Part shown: piece by piece, positions 30,148-40,187 of the stretch
Position numbering within the stretch: the stretch's first letter is position 1
How the letters are laid out: each line of letters begins with the position of its first letter
Program-made: the position numbers and the translations under genes
Source of the DNA: an uncultured Bacteroidales bacterium
Lineage (GTDB): Bacteria; Bacteroidota; Bacteroidia; Bacteroidales; CAYRRV01
Length of the DNA: 64,000 nucleotides
Reading direction: 5' to 3'
Assembly: GCA_964426725.1 (NCBI GenBank)
Contig: CAYRRV010000001.1
Coordinates: 212,538-276,537 of the forward strand
The notes under the pieces: generated by a model
Seen by the model: the letters and a program-made list of their open reading frames with translations, nothing else
The model's database searches: none
Told to the model about the DNA's origin: nothing

Positions 30148-31047
30148 ATGATCAGGCCGGATTATTTATCAAAGGGAGACAAAGTTGCACTAATTGCTCC
30201 TGCCAGAAAGATTGAAAAAAAGGAATTAATTAATTTCACAAGGATTTTTAAGGAGTTTGGATTCCGAATTAAAGAAGGGCGGAATCTTTTTGCAACTCAC
30301 GATCAGTTTGCCGGAACTGACAGCCAAAGATTTAAGGATCTCCAGGATGCTATGGATGATCCAGAGATAAAGGCGATATTTTGTGCCAGGGGTGGATATG
30401 GTACTGTACGAACAGTTCAGGATATTGATTTTACTGGCTTTATGAAACATCCAAAATGGGTCGCGGGATTTAGTGACATTTCAGTTTTACATAACTTATT
30501 ACACTTGCATAATTTTGAAAGTCTTCATTGTATGATGCCCGTGAATTTTAATTCCGATTACTCATCAGGATCCAGTCAATCTGTATTCAGGGCAGTTACA
30601 GGTAATAATCTTTCCTATCAGTTAGAAAATCATCCTTTCAACAGGGTAGGAGAAACAAACGGTTTGCTATCCGGGGGTAATTTATCTGTACTTTTTAGCC
30701 TCAGGGGAACTCCCTTGGAGGTGAACTACGAGAATAAGATATTATTTATCGAGGATGTAGATGAATATCTTTATCATTTGGACAGGATGATGATGAACTT
30801 GAAAATTTCCGGGATATTGCGAAAAATTTCAGGATTGATCGTTGGAGGAATGACGGATTTTAATGATAATCAGGTTCCTTATGGGAAAAGTCCATACGAG
30901 ATTATCGCGAGTTCAGTGGAAGAATACAATTACCCGGTGATATTCAATTTTCCTGCCGGGCATCAAAAGGAAAACATGTGTCTAATCATGGGAAGAGAAA
31001 TTAAAATGGAAGTAAATGATTCGATTAGCAGCGTCTTTTTCACCTGA
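30148..31047 (+). CDS. ldcA: LD-carboxypeptidase (peptidase S66, LdcA-like)
   Basis: IFCARGGYG, GFSDIS (nucleophile Ser) and FPAGH motifs. 299 aa. Confidence 0.85.
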   Translation: MIRPDYLSKGDKVALIAPARKIEKKELINFTRIFKEFGFRIKEGRNLFATHDQFAGTDSQRFKDLQDAMDDPEIKAIFCARGGYGTVRTVQDIDFTGFMKHPKWVAGFSDISVLHNLLHLHNFESLHCMMPVNFNSDYSSGSSQSVFRAVTGNNLSYQLENHPFNRVGETNGLLSGGNLSVLFSLRGTPLEVNYENKILFIEDVDEYLYHLDRMMMNLKISGILRKISGLIVGGMTDFNDNQVPYGKSPYEIIASSVEEYNYPVIFNFPAGHQKENMCLIMGREIKMEVNDSISSVFFT

Positions 31048-31708
31048 CCGGGTAATTCACGTTATGATAATTACCGGGAATTTTGAAAAGGTCGCTTTCA
31101 ATTCTTTCACTCGTGATACCTTTCACCATGTATTGAGATTTTATTTTTCGAACCAGGGTTCTTTCTTCTGTCATCATTGGAAAATATCCTTCATTCCCGG
31201 GAATAAATAAAAAGAAATCAAAAATATTTTCAGATTGTTGGATAATTTGTATAAAATCCGTGAAAAAGTCAAAATTACCAGTTTCAGCTACCCAATAGGT
31301 GACCTCCGTGTTTAATAACTTGTTTCTAACTCTCCATTGAAAACATTTGTGATCATTAAAATACCTGTAATTGTCCGATTTTGTCACCTGGTAATTTTCA
31401 TTCCTTCCAAGGTAATCAAACCGATTATCAATACTGGTAAATTTTTTGGTGGCCGGTTCTATTAAAATAACTTTTTTATCATTGAGATTGATAATCATTT
31501 GCTCCGCGAGGAGACCCTCGCTGCAATAGGTATCTATTCTTAAGTTTTTATCTTTAATATATAGCTGATAAGAAGCCGTATCATAAGGGGTTACTTTAAC
31601 AACCTTTAGTTTTCCTTCAAAAGGCACCTTCTCATTTGAAAAGTTTGAAAATACCAAAAGAATTACCAATAAATACCCTGCAATTTTAATTCTCCCTGAT
31701 TTGTTCAT
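31040..31708 (-). CDS. Hypothetical secreted protein
   Basis: N-terminal signal/anchor (IAGYLLVILLVFSNF). No recognisable domain. Its 3' end overlaps the ldcA 3' end by 8 nt, convergently. Confidence 0.5.
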   Translation of the reverse strand: MNKSGRIKIAGYLLVILLVFSNFSNEKVPFEGKLKVVKVTPYDTASYQLYIKDKNLRIDTYCSEGLLAEQMIINLNDKKVILIEPATKKFTSIDNRFDYLGRNENYQVTKSDNYRYFNDHKCFQWRVRNKLLNTEVTYWVAETGNFDFFTDFIQIIQQSENIFDFFLFIPGNEGYFPMMTEERTLVRKIKSQYMVKGITSERIESDLFKIPGNYHNVNYPVR

Positions 31709-32073
31709 CTGTCAATCCGTCTGTTTATCATCTTTCCCGATGGAAATACCGGGAAAAAAGCAAAAAGGTTGCATTTAACCAAATGATTTTATGAACAATG
31801 TATGGAAGGTTTGAATTTTTCATGTTGATAAATGCCGGAATTTTTAAGAGAGCTGTATCTTTATAAAAAAAAAATGAATGAAACATGAGTAAATAATAGG
31901 CAAGGCCTTTTCATGAACGCGGTGAATAGCAATTTAAATATAAACTCGTAGCACAGGACATACCCGAGATGATAATCAAGGTCCAAGTACTGTCATGAAC
32001 ATGAATAAATCGATTAACCCCGGCAGCTACCGAGGGGAATGCCATATTTCGGGTTTGGACACAATTTTTTTAA

Positions 32074-32442
32074 ATGATGAAATCCAATATTGAAAAAGGA
32101 CATAAATCAGAGGAAGCAGCCACGATCTGGCTTAAACAAAAAGGGTACTTCATTCGTCATAGAAACTGGCGGTACATTAAAGATGAGATCGATATTGTAG
32201 CCGAGAATAAAGATTACATTGTTTTTGTAGAGGTTAAGTCAAGAACATCGCTTGATTATGGATCCCCGGCTGATAATATTACAGAAAAAAAGATGCGATT
32301 CAATATCAGGGCTGCCCAGGCATATATTGATATGTACGAGATTGATAAAGAAGCCCGGTTTGATTTAATGATTATCGTTGATGAACCTGCCAGAACAGAG
32401 ATAGATCATATCGAGGATGCTTTTAGAGATTACATGAGATGA
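32074..32442 (+). CDS. yraN: YraN family (UPF0102) endonuclease-like protein
   Basis: GHKSEEAATIWLKQKGY...EIDIVA...VFVEVKSR is the typical YraN core. 122 aa. Confidence 0.85.
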   Translation: MMKSNIEKGHKSEEAATIWLKQKGYFIRHRNWRYIKDEIDIVAENKDYIVFVEVKSRTSLDYGSPADNITEKKMRFNIRAAQAYIDMYEIDKEARFDLMIIVDEPARTEIDHIEDAFRDYMR

Positions 32443-32454
32443 CAAATAATTATC

Positions 32455-32802
32455 ATGAATATTGAAGAAATCAGGGAATATTGTTTAGACAAAAAGGCAG
32501 TGGAAGAAAGTTTCCCGTTCAATGAAACAACACTGGTTTTTAAGGTGAAAGGTAAAATATTTGCCCTGCTTAGCCTGGACGAGAAGAGGATAAATCTCAA
32601 GTTTGATCCTCTCATGGCAGTAGATCTAAGGGAAAGATATACTTTTGTAACACCTGGTTATCACATGCATAAGAAATACTGGAATACCATTATACTGGAA
32701 AATGAAATTAAAAGAGAATTATTATATGCCTGGATTGACCATTCTTATGCTGAAGTAGTGAAAAAGATGCCATTAAAAATACAAGAAGAATTGAACAAGT
32801 AA
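32455..32802 (+). CDS. MmcQ/YjbR family DNA-binding protein
   Basis: About 115 aa, with EESFPF...LVFKVKGKIFA and W.TI motifs typical of YjbR-like proteins. Confidence 0.65.
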   Translation: MNIEEIREYCLDKKAVEESFPFNETTLVFKVKGKIFALLSLDEKRINLKFDPLMAVDLRERYTFVTPGYHMHKKYWNTIILENEIKRELLYAWIDHSYAEVVKKMPLKIQEELNK

Positions 32803-32820
32803 ATTTAAAATTTGTAGGAA

Positions 32821-33390
32821 ATGAAAAGGATCATGCGATATTTCTTTCAGGGATTATTATACATCGCGCCTATTGGTGTCACTATTTATATATTGTACCT
32901 GGTATTTATGTTTATTGATGGTTTATTAAAATCCTCGCTTGAAAAAGTCATTGGATTTTCTATACCGGGATTGGGCGTTCTCATTATATTCATCTTGTTA
33001 ACTATCCTGGGCTTTCTGGGGCAATCTATTCTCGCTCAGCCCTTCAAACTTATTTTTAGAAAAGTTTTAAAAAAAGTGCCCATAGTACAATTAGTTTATT
33101 CTGCGCTGAATGATTTATTTTCGGCTTTTGTTGGAAAAGAAAAAAAATTCCAGCAAGTTGTTCTTGTCAAGGTGAATACCATTTCGGAACTCGAGAAGCT
33201 TGGATTTATCACCCAAACCGATTTAAGTGAATTAGGAATAACAGACAAAGTTGCCGTGTATTTTCCTCATTCATACAATTTTTCCGGGGAACTGTTTATT
33301 GTTCCTTCACAACATGTAAAGCCATTAGACATACCTCCTTCTGACGCGATGAAATTCATTGTATCTGGTGGGATCACCAGGGTCAGGTAA
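32821..33390 (+). CDS. DUF502-like membrane protein
   Basis: Two TM helices are followed by the PHSYNFSGELFIVP and SGGI motifs characteristic of DUF502. Confidence 0.65.
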   Translation: MKRIMRYFFQGLLYIAPIGVTIYILYLVFMFIDGLLKSSLEKVIGFSIPGLGVLIIFILLTILGFLGQSILAQPFKLIFRKVLKKVPIVQLVYSALNDLFSAFVGKEKKFQQVVLVKVNTISELEKLGFITQTDLSELGITDKVAVYFPHSYNFSGELFIVPSQHVKPLDIPPSDAMKFIVSGGITRVR

Positions 33391-34381
33391 CGACCATGAG
33401 ATTACAGCCACGGATTTCGCTGGTATCAACTCGTCCTGTTACTTCAAACTCACCCGTTTTAAATGATTTTCCCATATCGCTTGTTTCAATAAAAGAACAG
33501 GAGTAAATATTTGCCAGGTCAATCACGTTTAAAGCGCCTGTTTCGCGATTTCTAACGTAAGCAAATGGATCGTACAGGTCACGGGTGAGAACTTTCATCC
33601 AGGGAGGACAACGAAACAGTCCCTGACCTTTGGAATAGGCCTGTGAAAGAAGTTCTGTCATTCCATACTCCGAGTGAATACTTTTTACGCCAAATGCTTG
33701 GGTTAAATTATCATGTAATTCTTCGCGGGTCATTTCTTTTTTTCTTCCTTTCATACCACCGGTTTCAATAATGATAGTATTTTCTGAAAGATCTATTTGG
33801 TATTTAGCCGCGAAGTCAACCAGGGCAAAACTAACACCAAAAAGCGCCACCGGCACTTTTCTTTTATTCATTACAGTTAATCTTGAATACAGTTCATCAT
33901 GATTATAAAGGAAATAGCCGGATTCTTTATACTTACTTTCACTGTTAAGCCGGTTGGTCATGTATATTAAGGATGACCCGGGTCTTTCAAGGTAAGAAGG
34001 TAAAAGACAAAAAAAACAGTAATTTGCCGGACTCCCGTAAAACTGTTGAAATGATTCCAGGAAGCTTTTCTCGTAAAGAGATATGTCGGATACAAGGTGT
34101 CGGGAAGGAATTTGTCCTGAAGTAGAAGAACTTGTAAAGATTTTTTCAATTTTCTGATTCCCGGAGATGACATCATGTTCACGAAAAAACCGTATTGGCA
34201 AAAAAGGTATTTCTTCAATTTTATTGATTTTTTCAGGTTTAATTCCCAGGTACGTGCAATATCTTCTATATATTTTGTTACGCGCAACCTGGTACCTGAA
34301 GATTTCCAGGCATAAAACTGTAAATTCATCCTCGTTCCTTAACGAAAATATTTTTTCCTTTATTTTCCCGGCTGCATTCAT
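33383..34381 (-). CDS. LuxE/PaaK-like acyl-adenylate-forming 'acyl transferase' family protein
   Basis: Bacteroidota 'acyl transferase' pattern (IFRYQ..N..YRRY, TSSSTSG, ETGGMKGR). The ORF-track start at 34411 is a TTG, so I prefer the ATG at 34379-34381 (MNAAGKIKEKIF). The 3' end overlaps the DUF502 gene by 8 nt. Confidence 0.6.
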   Translation of the reverse strand: MNAAGKIKEKIFSLRNEDEFTVLCLEIFRYQVARNKIYRRYCTYLGIKPEKINKIEEIPFLPIRFFREHDVISGNQKIEKIFTSSSTSGQIPSRHLVSDISLYEKSFLESFQQFYGSPANYCFFCLLPSYLERPGSSLIYMTNRLNSESKYKESGYFLYNHDELYSRLTVMNKRKVPVALFGVSFALVDFAAKYQIDLSENTIIIETGGMKGRKKEMTREELHDNLTQAFGVKSIHSEYGMTELLSQAYSKGQGLFRCPPWMKVLTRDLYDPFAYVRNRETGALNVIDLANIYSCSFIETSDMGKSFKTGEFEVTGRVDTSEIRGCNLMVVT

Positions 34382-34420
34382 GACCAGAACATTCTTTATT
34401 TCGGGAAACAAGGTATAATA

Positions 34421-35236
34421 TCAGTCCCGTTTGGTTTTAAGAGTGTCAAGTTTCCTGAAAGAAGTTAACAGACCTTTAATCAATGCTGAACTGAAACCAT
34501 GATGCTCCATTTCATTTAATCCTGATATGGTAATACCAAGGGGGGTTGTAACTTTATCAATTTCTTTTTCGGGATGCTGCCCGCTTTCAAGAATTAGTTT
34601 TGACGCTCCATTTAGTGTTTGGGCTGTAATTTGTTGAGCCAGATCAGCCCCAAACCCGATTTCGATTCCCCCCTGGGTCAGTGCTCTCAGGAATCGCAGG
34701 GCAAATGCAACTCCACAAGCACCGATGACGGTAGCAGCACCCATTAATTCCTCGTTAATAACTTGTGTTTTACCAAGTTGATTGAATAATTCAATAACTA
34801 AAATCGTTTCTTTTTCATGTTTTTTGTCGAAAACGGAAATACATGTCATGGACTCGCGAATCGCGAGAGCAGTATTTGGCATTGTCCGGAAGACGGGAAT
34901 ACCGGGTCCTGTGATGTCAACAATTTCTTTCATCGTGAATCCCGTCACAGTTGACACAATAATATGGTTTGGTGTAAGAACGGGTTTTATTTCATTCAGG
35001 ACTGCGCTAATTTGATAAGGTTTCACGCATATCACGACTATATCAGCATGTCTGGAAGCATCCAGGTTATTGTCGGTAACCTGTAGGCCTTTATTTTCTA
35101 AAAACTTGATGAGATGAGCTCTTCTTCGGGTAATTTTAATAAGAGAGGGTTCGGTAAACCCGGATTTTAAAAGACCAAGGGCCATGGAAATTCCAAGGTT
35201 CCCTCCACCGAGAATGGCTATTTTCTTTTTATTCAT
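34421..35236 (-). CDS. proC: Pyrroline-5-carboxylate reductase
   Basis: IAILGGGNLG Rossmann motif. C-terminal TTPLGITISGL (P5CR dimerisation domain signature). Confidence 0.9.
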   Translation of the reverse strand: MNKKKIAILGGGNLGISMALGLLKSGFTEPSLIKITRRRAHLIKFLENKGLQVTDNNLDASRHADIVVICVKPYQISAVLNEIKPVLTPNHIIVSTVTGFTMKEIVDITGPGIPVFRTMPNTALAIRESMTCISVFDKKHEKETILVIELFNQLGKTQVINEELMGAATVIGACGVAFALRFLRALTQGGIEIGFGADLAQQITAQTLNGASKLILESGQHPEKEIDKVTTPLGITISGLNEMEHHGFSSALIKGLLTSFRKLDTLKTKRD

Positions 35237-35256
35237 GGCTGCATTTTATCAATTTA

Positions 35257-35292
35257 TAAAAAAAGTTCCTGCCGGAATACCGTGCAGGAACT
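35257..35292 (-). terminator. Rho-independent terminator downstream of pgk
   Basis: Minus strand: AGTTCCTGC-11 nt-GCAGGAACT (9-bp stem, 35264-35292) followed by a T-run (plus-strand A-run 35257-35264). Confidence 0.7.
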
Positions 35293-35355
35293 TCAAAAAT
35301 AGATAAAATTTATGATAATAAGGTATTTATAATAACCGGGATTATCAAAATTTGT

Positions 35356-36549
35356 TTATCCTCTTATGGCTTTAATTCCGGGGAGTTCTTTGCCTTCCAT
35401 GTACTCGAGCATTGCGCCTCCACCTGTTGATACGTAAGATACTTTATCGGCGAGGTTATTCTTGTTAATTGCAGCAACGGAATCACCTCCGCCAATAAGA
35501 CTGAAAGCGCCATTTTCAGTGGATTTCGCGATGGCTTTCGCGATTTCAGTGGTTCCTTTCGCGAATTTATCCATTTCAAAAACACCCATGGGACCATTCC
35601 AGAGAATGGTATTCGAGTTTTTTATAACTTCTGAAAACTCTTCAATTGATTTATCTCCAATATCTAATCCCATCCATCCATCGGGAACTTCATCAATTTT
35701 CGATTCGGAAGTATTGGCATCTTTATCAAATTTTTCCGCGTTCACGCTGTCAACCGGCAGGTATAAATTAACTCCTTTTGATTTGGCTTTCTCTATAAGA
35801 TCTTTCGCGAGATCCAGTTTATCATCCTCGCAGAGGGAGTTTCCTATTTTCCCACCCTGTGCCTTGATAAACGTAAAAGTCATGCCGCCACCTATAATCA
35901 GGTTGTCAACACGGTCGAGCATATTCTCGATTACGCTAATCTTGTCCGATACTTTGGCGCCACCCATTACAGCAGTAAAAGGGTTTTTCGGGTTTTCCAA
36001 AACCTTATCTATTGCATCTAATTCTTTCTCAATCAAAAATCCAAACATTTTATTCTCTTCCTCAAAATAGTTGGCAATAATGGTAGTGGAGGCGTGTGCC
36101 CTGTGGGCCGTACCGAAAGCATCATTCACGTACACGTCTGTACCTTCTGCAAGTTTCTTCGAAAACTCCTCGTCACCTTTTGTTTCTTCCTTATAAAACC
36201 GCAGGTTCTCGAGAAGAAGTACTTCCCCGCTTTTAAGATTTTTTTTCATTTGCAGGGTATCATCACCAATGCAATCAGAAGCAAATTTCACATCAATACC
36301 GAGGTGCTCCGAAAGTACAGGAACCACGTGTTTCAGACTGAATTTTTCTTCCGGTCCCTCTTTTGGGCGACCAAGGTGAGACATGAGGATGGCAGAACCA
36401 CCATCACCGATGATTTTCTTTATACTGGGCAGCGCACCTCTGATTCTTGTATCGTCTGTAACTTTATATTCTGAGTTCAGGGGTACGTTGAAATCTACCC
36501 GGGTGATAGCTTTTTTTCCTGAAAAATTAAAATTGTCTATTTTTTGCAT
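35356..36549 (-). CDS. pgk: Phosphoglycerate kinase
   Basis: [24 protein letters not shown]..., [14 protein letters not shown] and STGGGA motifs. The ORF-track start at 36618 adds 23 implausible residues, so I use the ATG at 36547-36549. Confidence 0.95.
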   Translation of the reverse strand: MQKIDNFNFSGKKAITRVDFNVPLNSEYKVTDDTRIRGALPSIKKIIGDGGSAILMSHLGRPKEGPEEKFSLKHVVPVLSEHLGIDVKFASDCIGDDTLQMKKNLKSGEVLLLENLRFYKEETKGDEEFSKKLAEGTDVYVNDAFGTAHRAHASTTIIANYFEEENKMFGFLIEKELDAIDKVLENPKNPFTAVMGGAKVSDKISVIENMLDRVDNLIIGGGMTFTFIKAQGGKIGNSLCEDDKLDLAKDLIEKAKSKGVNLYLPVDSVNAEKFDKDANTSESKIDEVPDGWMGLDIGDKSIEEFSEVIKNSNTILWNGPMGVFEMDKFAKGTTEIAKAIAKSTENGAFSLIGGGDSVAAINKNNLADKVSYVSTGGGAMLEYMEGKELPGIKAIRG

Positions 36550-36575
36550 GGCATTATTTAGTTTAAGGTAATTAT

Positions 36576-36583
36576 TAATTTTG
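36576..36583 (+). promoter_or_regulatory. Candidate -7 promoter box (TAnnTTTG) for holB
   Basis: Exact TAATTTTG in the divergent pgk/holB intergenic region, 94 nt upstream of the holB ATG. Confidence 0.3.
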
Positions 36584-36676
36584 CAAAGGTAACAAAAGTT
36601 TTTCTTTACTTTTGTCAACCAATGTTATTATAACAAAAATGTTTTTTACGGGGATTAAACACGAAATAAATAGCCC

Positions 36677-37798
36677 ATGTTATTTTCTGATGTTGCCGGC
36701 CATGATCAATTAAAAGAAAGATTAATCGCTTCTGTTAAAGAAGAAAGAATTAGTCATGCCCAAATGTTCCTTGGCAAGGAGGGCACCGGTAATCTTCCCT
36801 TGGCGCTTGCGTTCGCGGGGTATATATTATGTATTAATCGCCAGGATCAGGATGCCTGTGGAACTTGTCCATCGTGCAGGAAAGTAAAAAATTTAATTCA
36901 CCCTGATTTACATTTTGTATTCCCGGTGGTCAAAAAGGATTCCGGTCAAAAAGCGATCAGCGATAATTTCCTCGCGGAGTGGCGAGAAGCAATCCTTGAG
37001 AATCCATACCTGAATCAGGAAATCTGGTTTGCAAAAATCGGATTAGAAAACAAGCAGGGAAGTATTTATGTTGATGAAAGTTCAGAGATACTTCGAAAAT
37101 TAAGCCTGAAAACATTCGAGGGAGAATATAAAGTGATGATTATCTGGATGCCGGAACGCATGAATGTCACGACTTCTAATAAGTTATTGAAGATACTTGA
37201 AGAACCACCTGGCAAAACACTTTTTATACTGGTTTCCTCGGATAGTGAAAGAATACTACCAACCATTCTTTCCCGTGTTCAATTATTGAAGGTACCGGCA
37301 GTTAAAAATGAAGATTTGATTTCATTTATAGGGAAAAAGTTTAATATTTCAAGTGATAAATCTCTCGATATCTCGCGTTTGGCAAGGGGAAATATACTAA
37401 GAGCCTGCCAGGTAGCAGAAAATGGAGGGGATAGTGTTTTTCATGAGGATTACGTGAAACTCATGCGATTATCATTCGGTGGTAACATGGTTGAATTAAT
37501 AGAATGGGTGGAGAAATTATCTGTCATGGGTAGGGAGAAGTTAAAAAACTTTTTCGAGTATTGCCTGGCCTTTACCCGGGAAAATTTTGTAAAGAACACG
37601 GGTTGCAGTGATATTGTCTTCATGACGAGTCAGGAAGATCAATTTTCGAAGAATTTCTCTGCTTTCATTCATGAAAACAATGTAATGAAAATAACAGCGT
37701 TATTTAACCAGGCCCATGCTCACGTGAGCGCGAATGGCTACCCGAAAATAATTTTGCTGGATACGGCTTTGAAAATAAGGCGGTTGTTAAAACAGTAA
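36677..37798 (+). CDS. holB: DNA polymerase III subunit delta'
   Basis: HAQMFLGKEGTGNLPLALAFA, Zn module CGTCPSC, LKILEEPP and SRVQ (sensor) motifs. Confidence 0.85.
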   Translation: MLFSDVAGHDQLKERLIASVKEERISHAQMFLGKEGTGNLPLALAFAGYILCINRQDQDACGTCPSCRKVKNLIHPDLHFVFPVVKKDSGQKAISDNFLAEWREAILENPYLNQEIWFAKIGLENKQGSIYVDESSEILRKLSLKTFEGEYKVMIIWMPERMNVTTSNKLLKILEEPPGKTLFILVSSDSERILPTILSRVQLLKVPAVKNEDLISFIGKKFNISSDKSLDISRLARGNILRACQVAENGGDSVFHEDYVKLMRLSFGGNMVELIEWVEKLSVMGREKLKNFFEYCLAFTRENFVKNTGCSDIVFMTSQEDQFSKNFSAFIHENNVMKITALFNQAHAHVSANGYPKIILLDTALKIRRLLKQ

Positions 37799-37805
37799 TT
37801 TTCAC

Positions 37806-37813
37806 TAATTTTG
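37806..37813 (+). promoter_or_regulatory. Candidate -7 promoter box (TAnnTTTG) for the PSP1/gldH unit
   Basis: Exact TAATTTTG, 28 nt upstream of the ATG at 37841. A TTG sits ~19 nt further upstream (37784-37786) as a possible -33 element. Confidence 0.4.
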
Positions 37814-37840
37814 TAAATCTGTAATTATATAATTAGTATC

Positions 37841-39013
37841 ATGAGTGGTAGTATAATGCGGGGATTTAAAGACCTGGACGAGAATAAATTAAAGATAGAT
37901 AGAGTTACTTTAGATAGCTTGACTAAATTAGGCGCTTACGATTGGCTCGAAGATATTCCGCTTGTTTACACGCATAAAGAAAATCTCGTTGAGGTTCGCT
38001 TTAAAAACACTAGAAAAGGATATTATATTAACACGAATTTCCTGCGGCTGGAGCGGGGAGATATCGTTGCTGTTGAAGCCTCGCCCGGGCATGATATTGG
38101 TATTGTATCATTAACAGGTCCCTTGGTGGCGGAGCAGGTGAAAAAAGTCGGACTCAAGTTGGATTCCCCGGATTTTAAGAAGGTATACAGGAAAGCCAAG
38201 CCCAATGATCTAGATAAATGGAAGGAATCAATTAACCTGGAGCATAAAACCATGTTGAAGGCCAGGAAAATTGCCGAAGATTTGAAACTCGATATGAAAA
38301 TCGGAGATGTTGAGTACCAGGGTGACCGGACCAAGGCTATTTTTTATTACATCGCTGACGAACGGGTCGATTTCAGGGAGCTAATTAAAGTACTGGCTGA
38401 TGAATTCCGTATAAGAATAGAAATGAGACAGATAGGAGCAAGGCAGGAAGCAGGTCGTATTGGCGGAATAGGACCATGTGGACGGGAACTTTGTTGTGCT
38501 ACCTGGATAACCAATTTTGTTTCAGTAACAACCAATTCTGCCCGTTATCAGGAAGTATCCCTGAATCCGCAGAAACTGGCCGGTCAATGCAGTAAACTTA
38601 AATGCTGTTTGAATTATGAAGTAGAGTGTTATCTTGATGCACAAAAAGATTTTCCCGATATTTCTATACCCCTGGAAACAGGAGAAGGAACAGCTTACCA
38701 TCAAAAAACAGACGTTCATAAGCGACTCATGTGGTATTCTTCTTCACCTGATTCAACAGCATCACTTGTTGAAATACCCGTGGACAGGGTGAAAGAAATA
38801 ATCGAGATGAACAAGAAAGGTTCCAAGCCGGCTAGACTCATGGAAGAAGTTAAAGAGAATAAAGTAATTGGTACGGGTATTGATTACGAGAATGAGGTAG
38901 GTAAGGAAAGCCTCACCCGCTTTGAAAAGAAAAAAAGAAAAGGTGGAAAAAGTAAAAAAGGCCAGGGAAGACGCGATAAGAATAAAAAAAATACAGGTAG
39001 AAATGAAAAATAG
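37841..39013 (+). CDS. PSP1 domain protein (RicT/YaaT-like)
   Basis: PSP1 C-terminal domain pattern (IFYYIADERVDFRELIKVLADEFRIRIEMRQIG, CGRELCC, KLKCCL). Ends in a strongly basic tail KKKRKGGKSKKGQGRRDKNKK. Confidence 0.8.
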   Translation: MSGSIMRGFKDLDENKLKIDRVTLDSLTKLGAYDWLEDIPLVYTHKENLVEVRFKNTRKGYYINTNFLRLERGDIVAVEASPGHDIGIVSLTGPLVAEQVKKVGLKLDSPDFKKVYRKAKPNDLDKWKESINLEHKTMLKARKIAEDLKLDMKIGDVEYQGDRTKAIFYYIADERVDFRELIKVLADEFRIRIEMRQIGARQEAGRIGGIGPCGRELCCATWITNFVSVTTNSARYQEVSLNPQKLAGQCSKLKCCLNYEVECYLDAQKDFPDISIPLETGEGTAYHQKTDVHKRLMWYSSSPDSTASLVEIPVDRVKEIIEMNKKGSKPARLMEEVKENKVIGTGIDYENEVGKESLTRFEKKKRKGGKSKKGQGRRDKNKKNTGRNEK

Positions 39014-39470
39014 AAGATTTTTATACATACTCCTGCCAATTATATTTCTTTCATGCGGTAAAGGGATCCTCTACGAGGAGTTCAGGACTATCCCCGGGGC
39101 AAAATGGGATAAGGGGGAGGAGAAACTTTTTGAAGCTCATGTTGAAGATACTTCCGGCATCTATAATATTTATGTCAGCGTGAGAAATTCTGGGGAATAC
39201 AGGTACAGGAACTTATTTTTGTTCGTAAATACAGCCTCACCTGCCGGACAGGTTGTAAGAGATACCGTTGAGATTCTACTTGCCAACGAAAAGGGTAAAT
39301 GGATGGGTAAAGGTTTTGGCGGCATTTGGGAAACCGAAAAAATTTACAAACGGCAGGTACAATTTCCTGTTAAGGGAGTATATGTATTTTCTGTTCAACA
39401 CGGGATGAGAACTGATACACTACATCATATACTGGATGCCGGCATTAGAATCGTGAAGGTAAAAATATAA
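39003..39470 (+). CDS. gldH: Gliding motility lipoprotein GldH
   Basis: I use the internal ATG at 39003 (MKNRRFLYILLPIIFLSCGKG, lipobox). GldH-like body (YRYRNLFLFV...LANEKGKWMGKGFGG). The ORF-track start at 38922 lies inside the PSP1 gene tail. The two genes overlap by 11 nt. Confidence 0.7.
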   Translation: MKNRRFLYILLPIIFLSCGKGILYEEFRTIPGAKWDKGEEKLFEAHVEDTSGIYNIYVSVRNSGEYRYRNLFLFVNTASPAGQVVRDTVEILLANEKGKWMGKGFGGIWETEKIYKRQVQFPVKGVYVFSVQHGMRTDTLHHILDAGIRIVKVKI

Positions 39471-39485
39471 AAAGTCAATACTTAC

Positions 39486-40187
39486 GTGTCGAAAAATAAA
39501 CTGGCCAGGTTTGCTGATATGGAAACCCTCGCGAATGTTATACAACCTCATTTCAGCGAGGTTTACCAAAAAGATTACCGGTTAAAAGGAAAGTGGAATT
39601 CAGATTTTTTTAACTGTGATAATCCTCTCGTTCTCGAGTTAGGGTGTGGAAAGGGTGAATACACCGTTGGTCTGGCCTCCAAATACCCGGGTAAAAATTT
39701 TATCGGGATTGATATCAAGGGGGCAAGAATGTGGAGAGGAGCCCGGCAGGCTATCGAAAACAACTTGGATAACGCTGGTTTCCTGAGAACCAGGATTGAA
39801 TTGGCAGACTCATTTTTTGCCCCGGGGGAAATTGCTGAAATTTGGATTACATTTCCTGATCCTCAACTGAAAAAGCGGCGCAATAAAAAAAGACTAACCC
39901 ATCCCAGGTTTCTGAATCTTTACAGGAAATTTTTAAAAAATAATGGCATTATCCATCTTAAAACAGATAACAGGATTCTTTATAATTTCACCCTCGGGCT
40001 CGTAAAATATAATGGTATTCTACCGGAAATTGCTACCAATGATTTATATAATAGTTATTATGCCAATGAAACACATGGGATTAAAACATTTTACGAGCAA
40101 ATGTTCCTGGATGAAAATTTACCCATTCATTACCTGAAGTTTCAACTTCCCGCGGAAAAGGAAATAATTAACCTGCCAGATGAGTGA
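39486..40187 (+). CDS. trmB: tRNA (guanine46-N7)-methyltransferase
   Basis: KNKLARFADM, LELGCGKGEY and FPDPQLKKR motifs. GTG start. Confidence 0.9.
   Translation: MSKNKLARFADMETLANVIQPHFSEVYQKDYRLKGKWNSDFFNCDNPLVLELGCGKGEYTVGLASKYPGKNFIGIDIKGARMWRGARQAIENNLDNAGFLRTRIELADSFFAPGEIAEIWITFPDPQLKKRRNKKRLTHPRFLNLYRKFLKNNGIIHLKTDNRILYNFTLGLVKYNGILPEIATNDLYNSYYANETHGIKTFYEQMFLDENLPIHYLKFQLPAEKEIINLPDE

Noticed and set aside
35462-36070. 202-aa plus-strand ORF
   Set aside because: It lies entirely antisense within pgk, a gene with unmistakable motifs. Its low-complexity Ser/Pro/Ile-rich translation is typical of a shadow ORF.
38922-39002. ORF-track N-terminal extension of gldH (MKRKKEKVEKVKK...)
   Set aside because: It is the +1-frame read-through of the Lys/Arg-rich tail of the PSP1 gene. 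The real start is the ATG at 39003, immediately before a lipoprotein signal.
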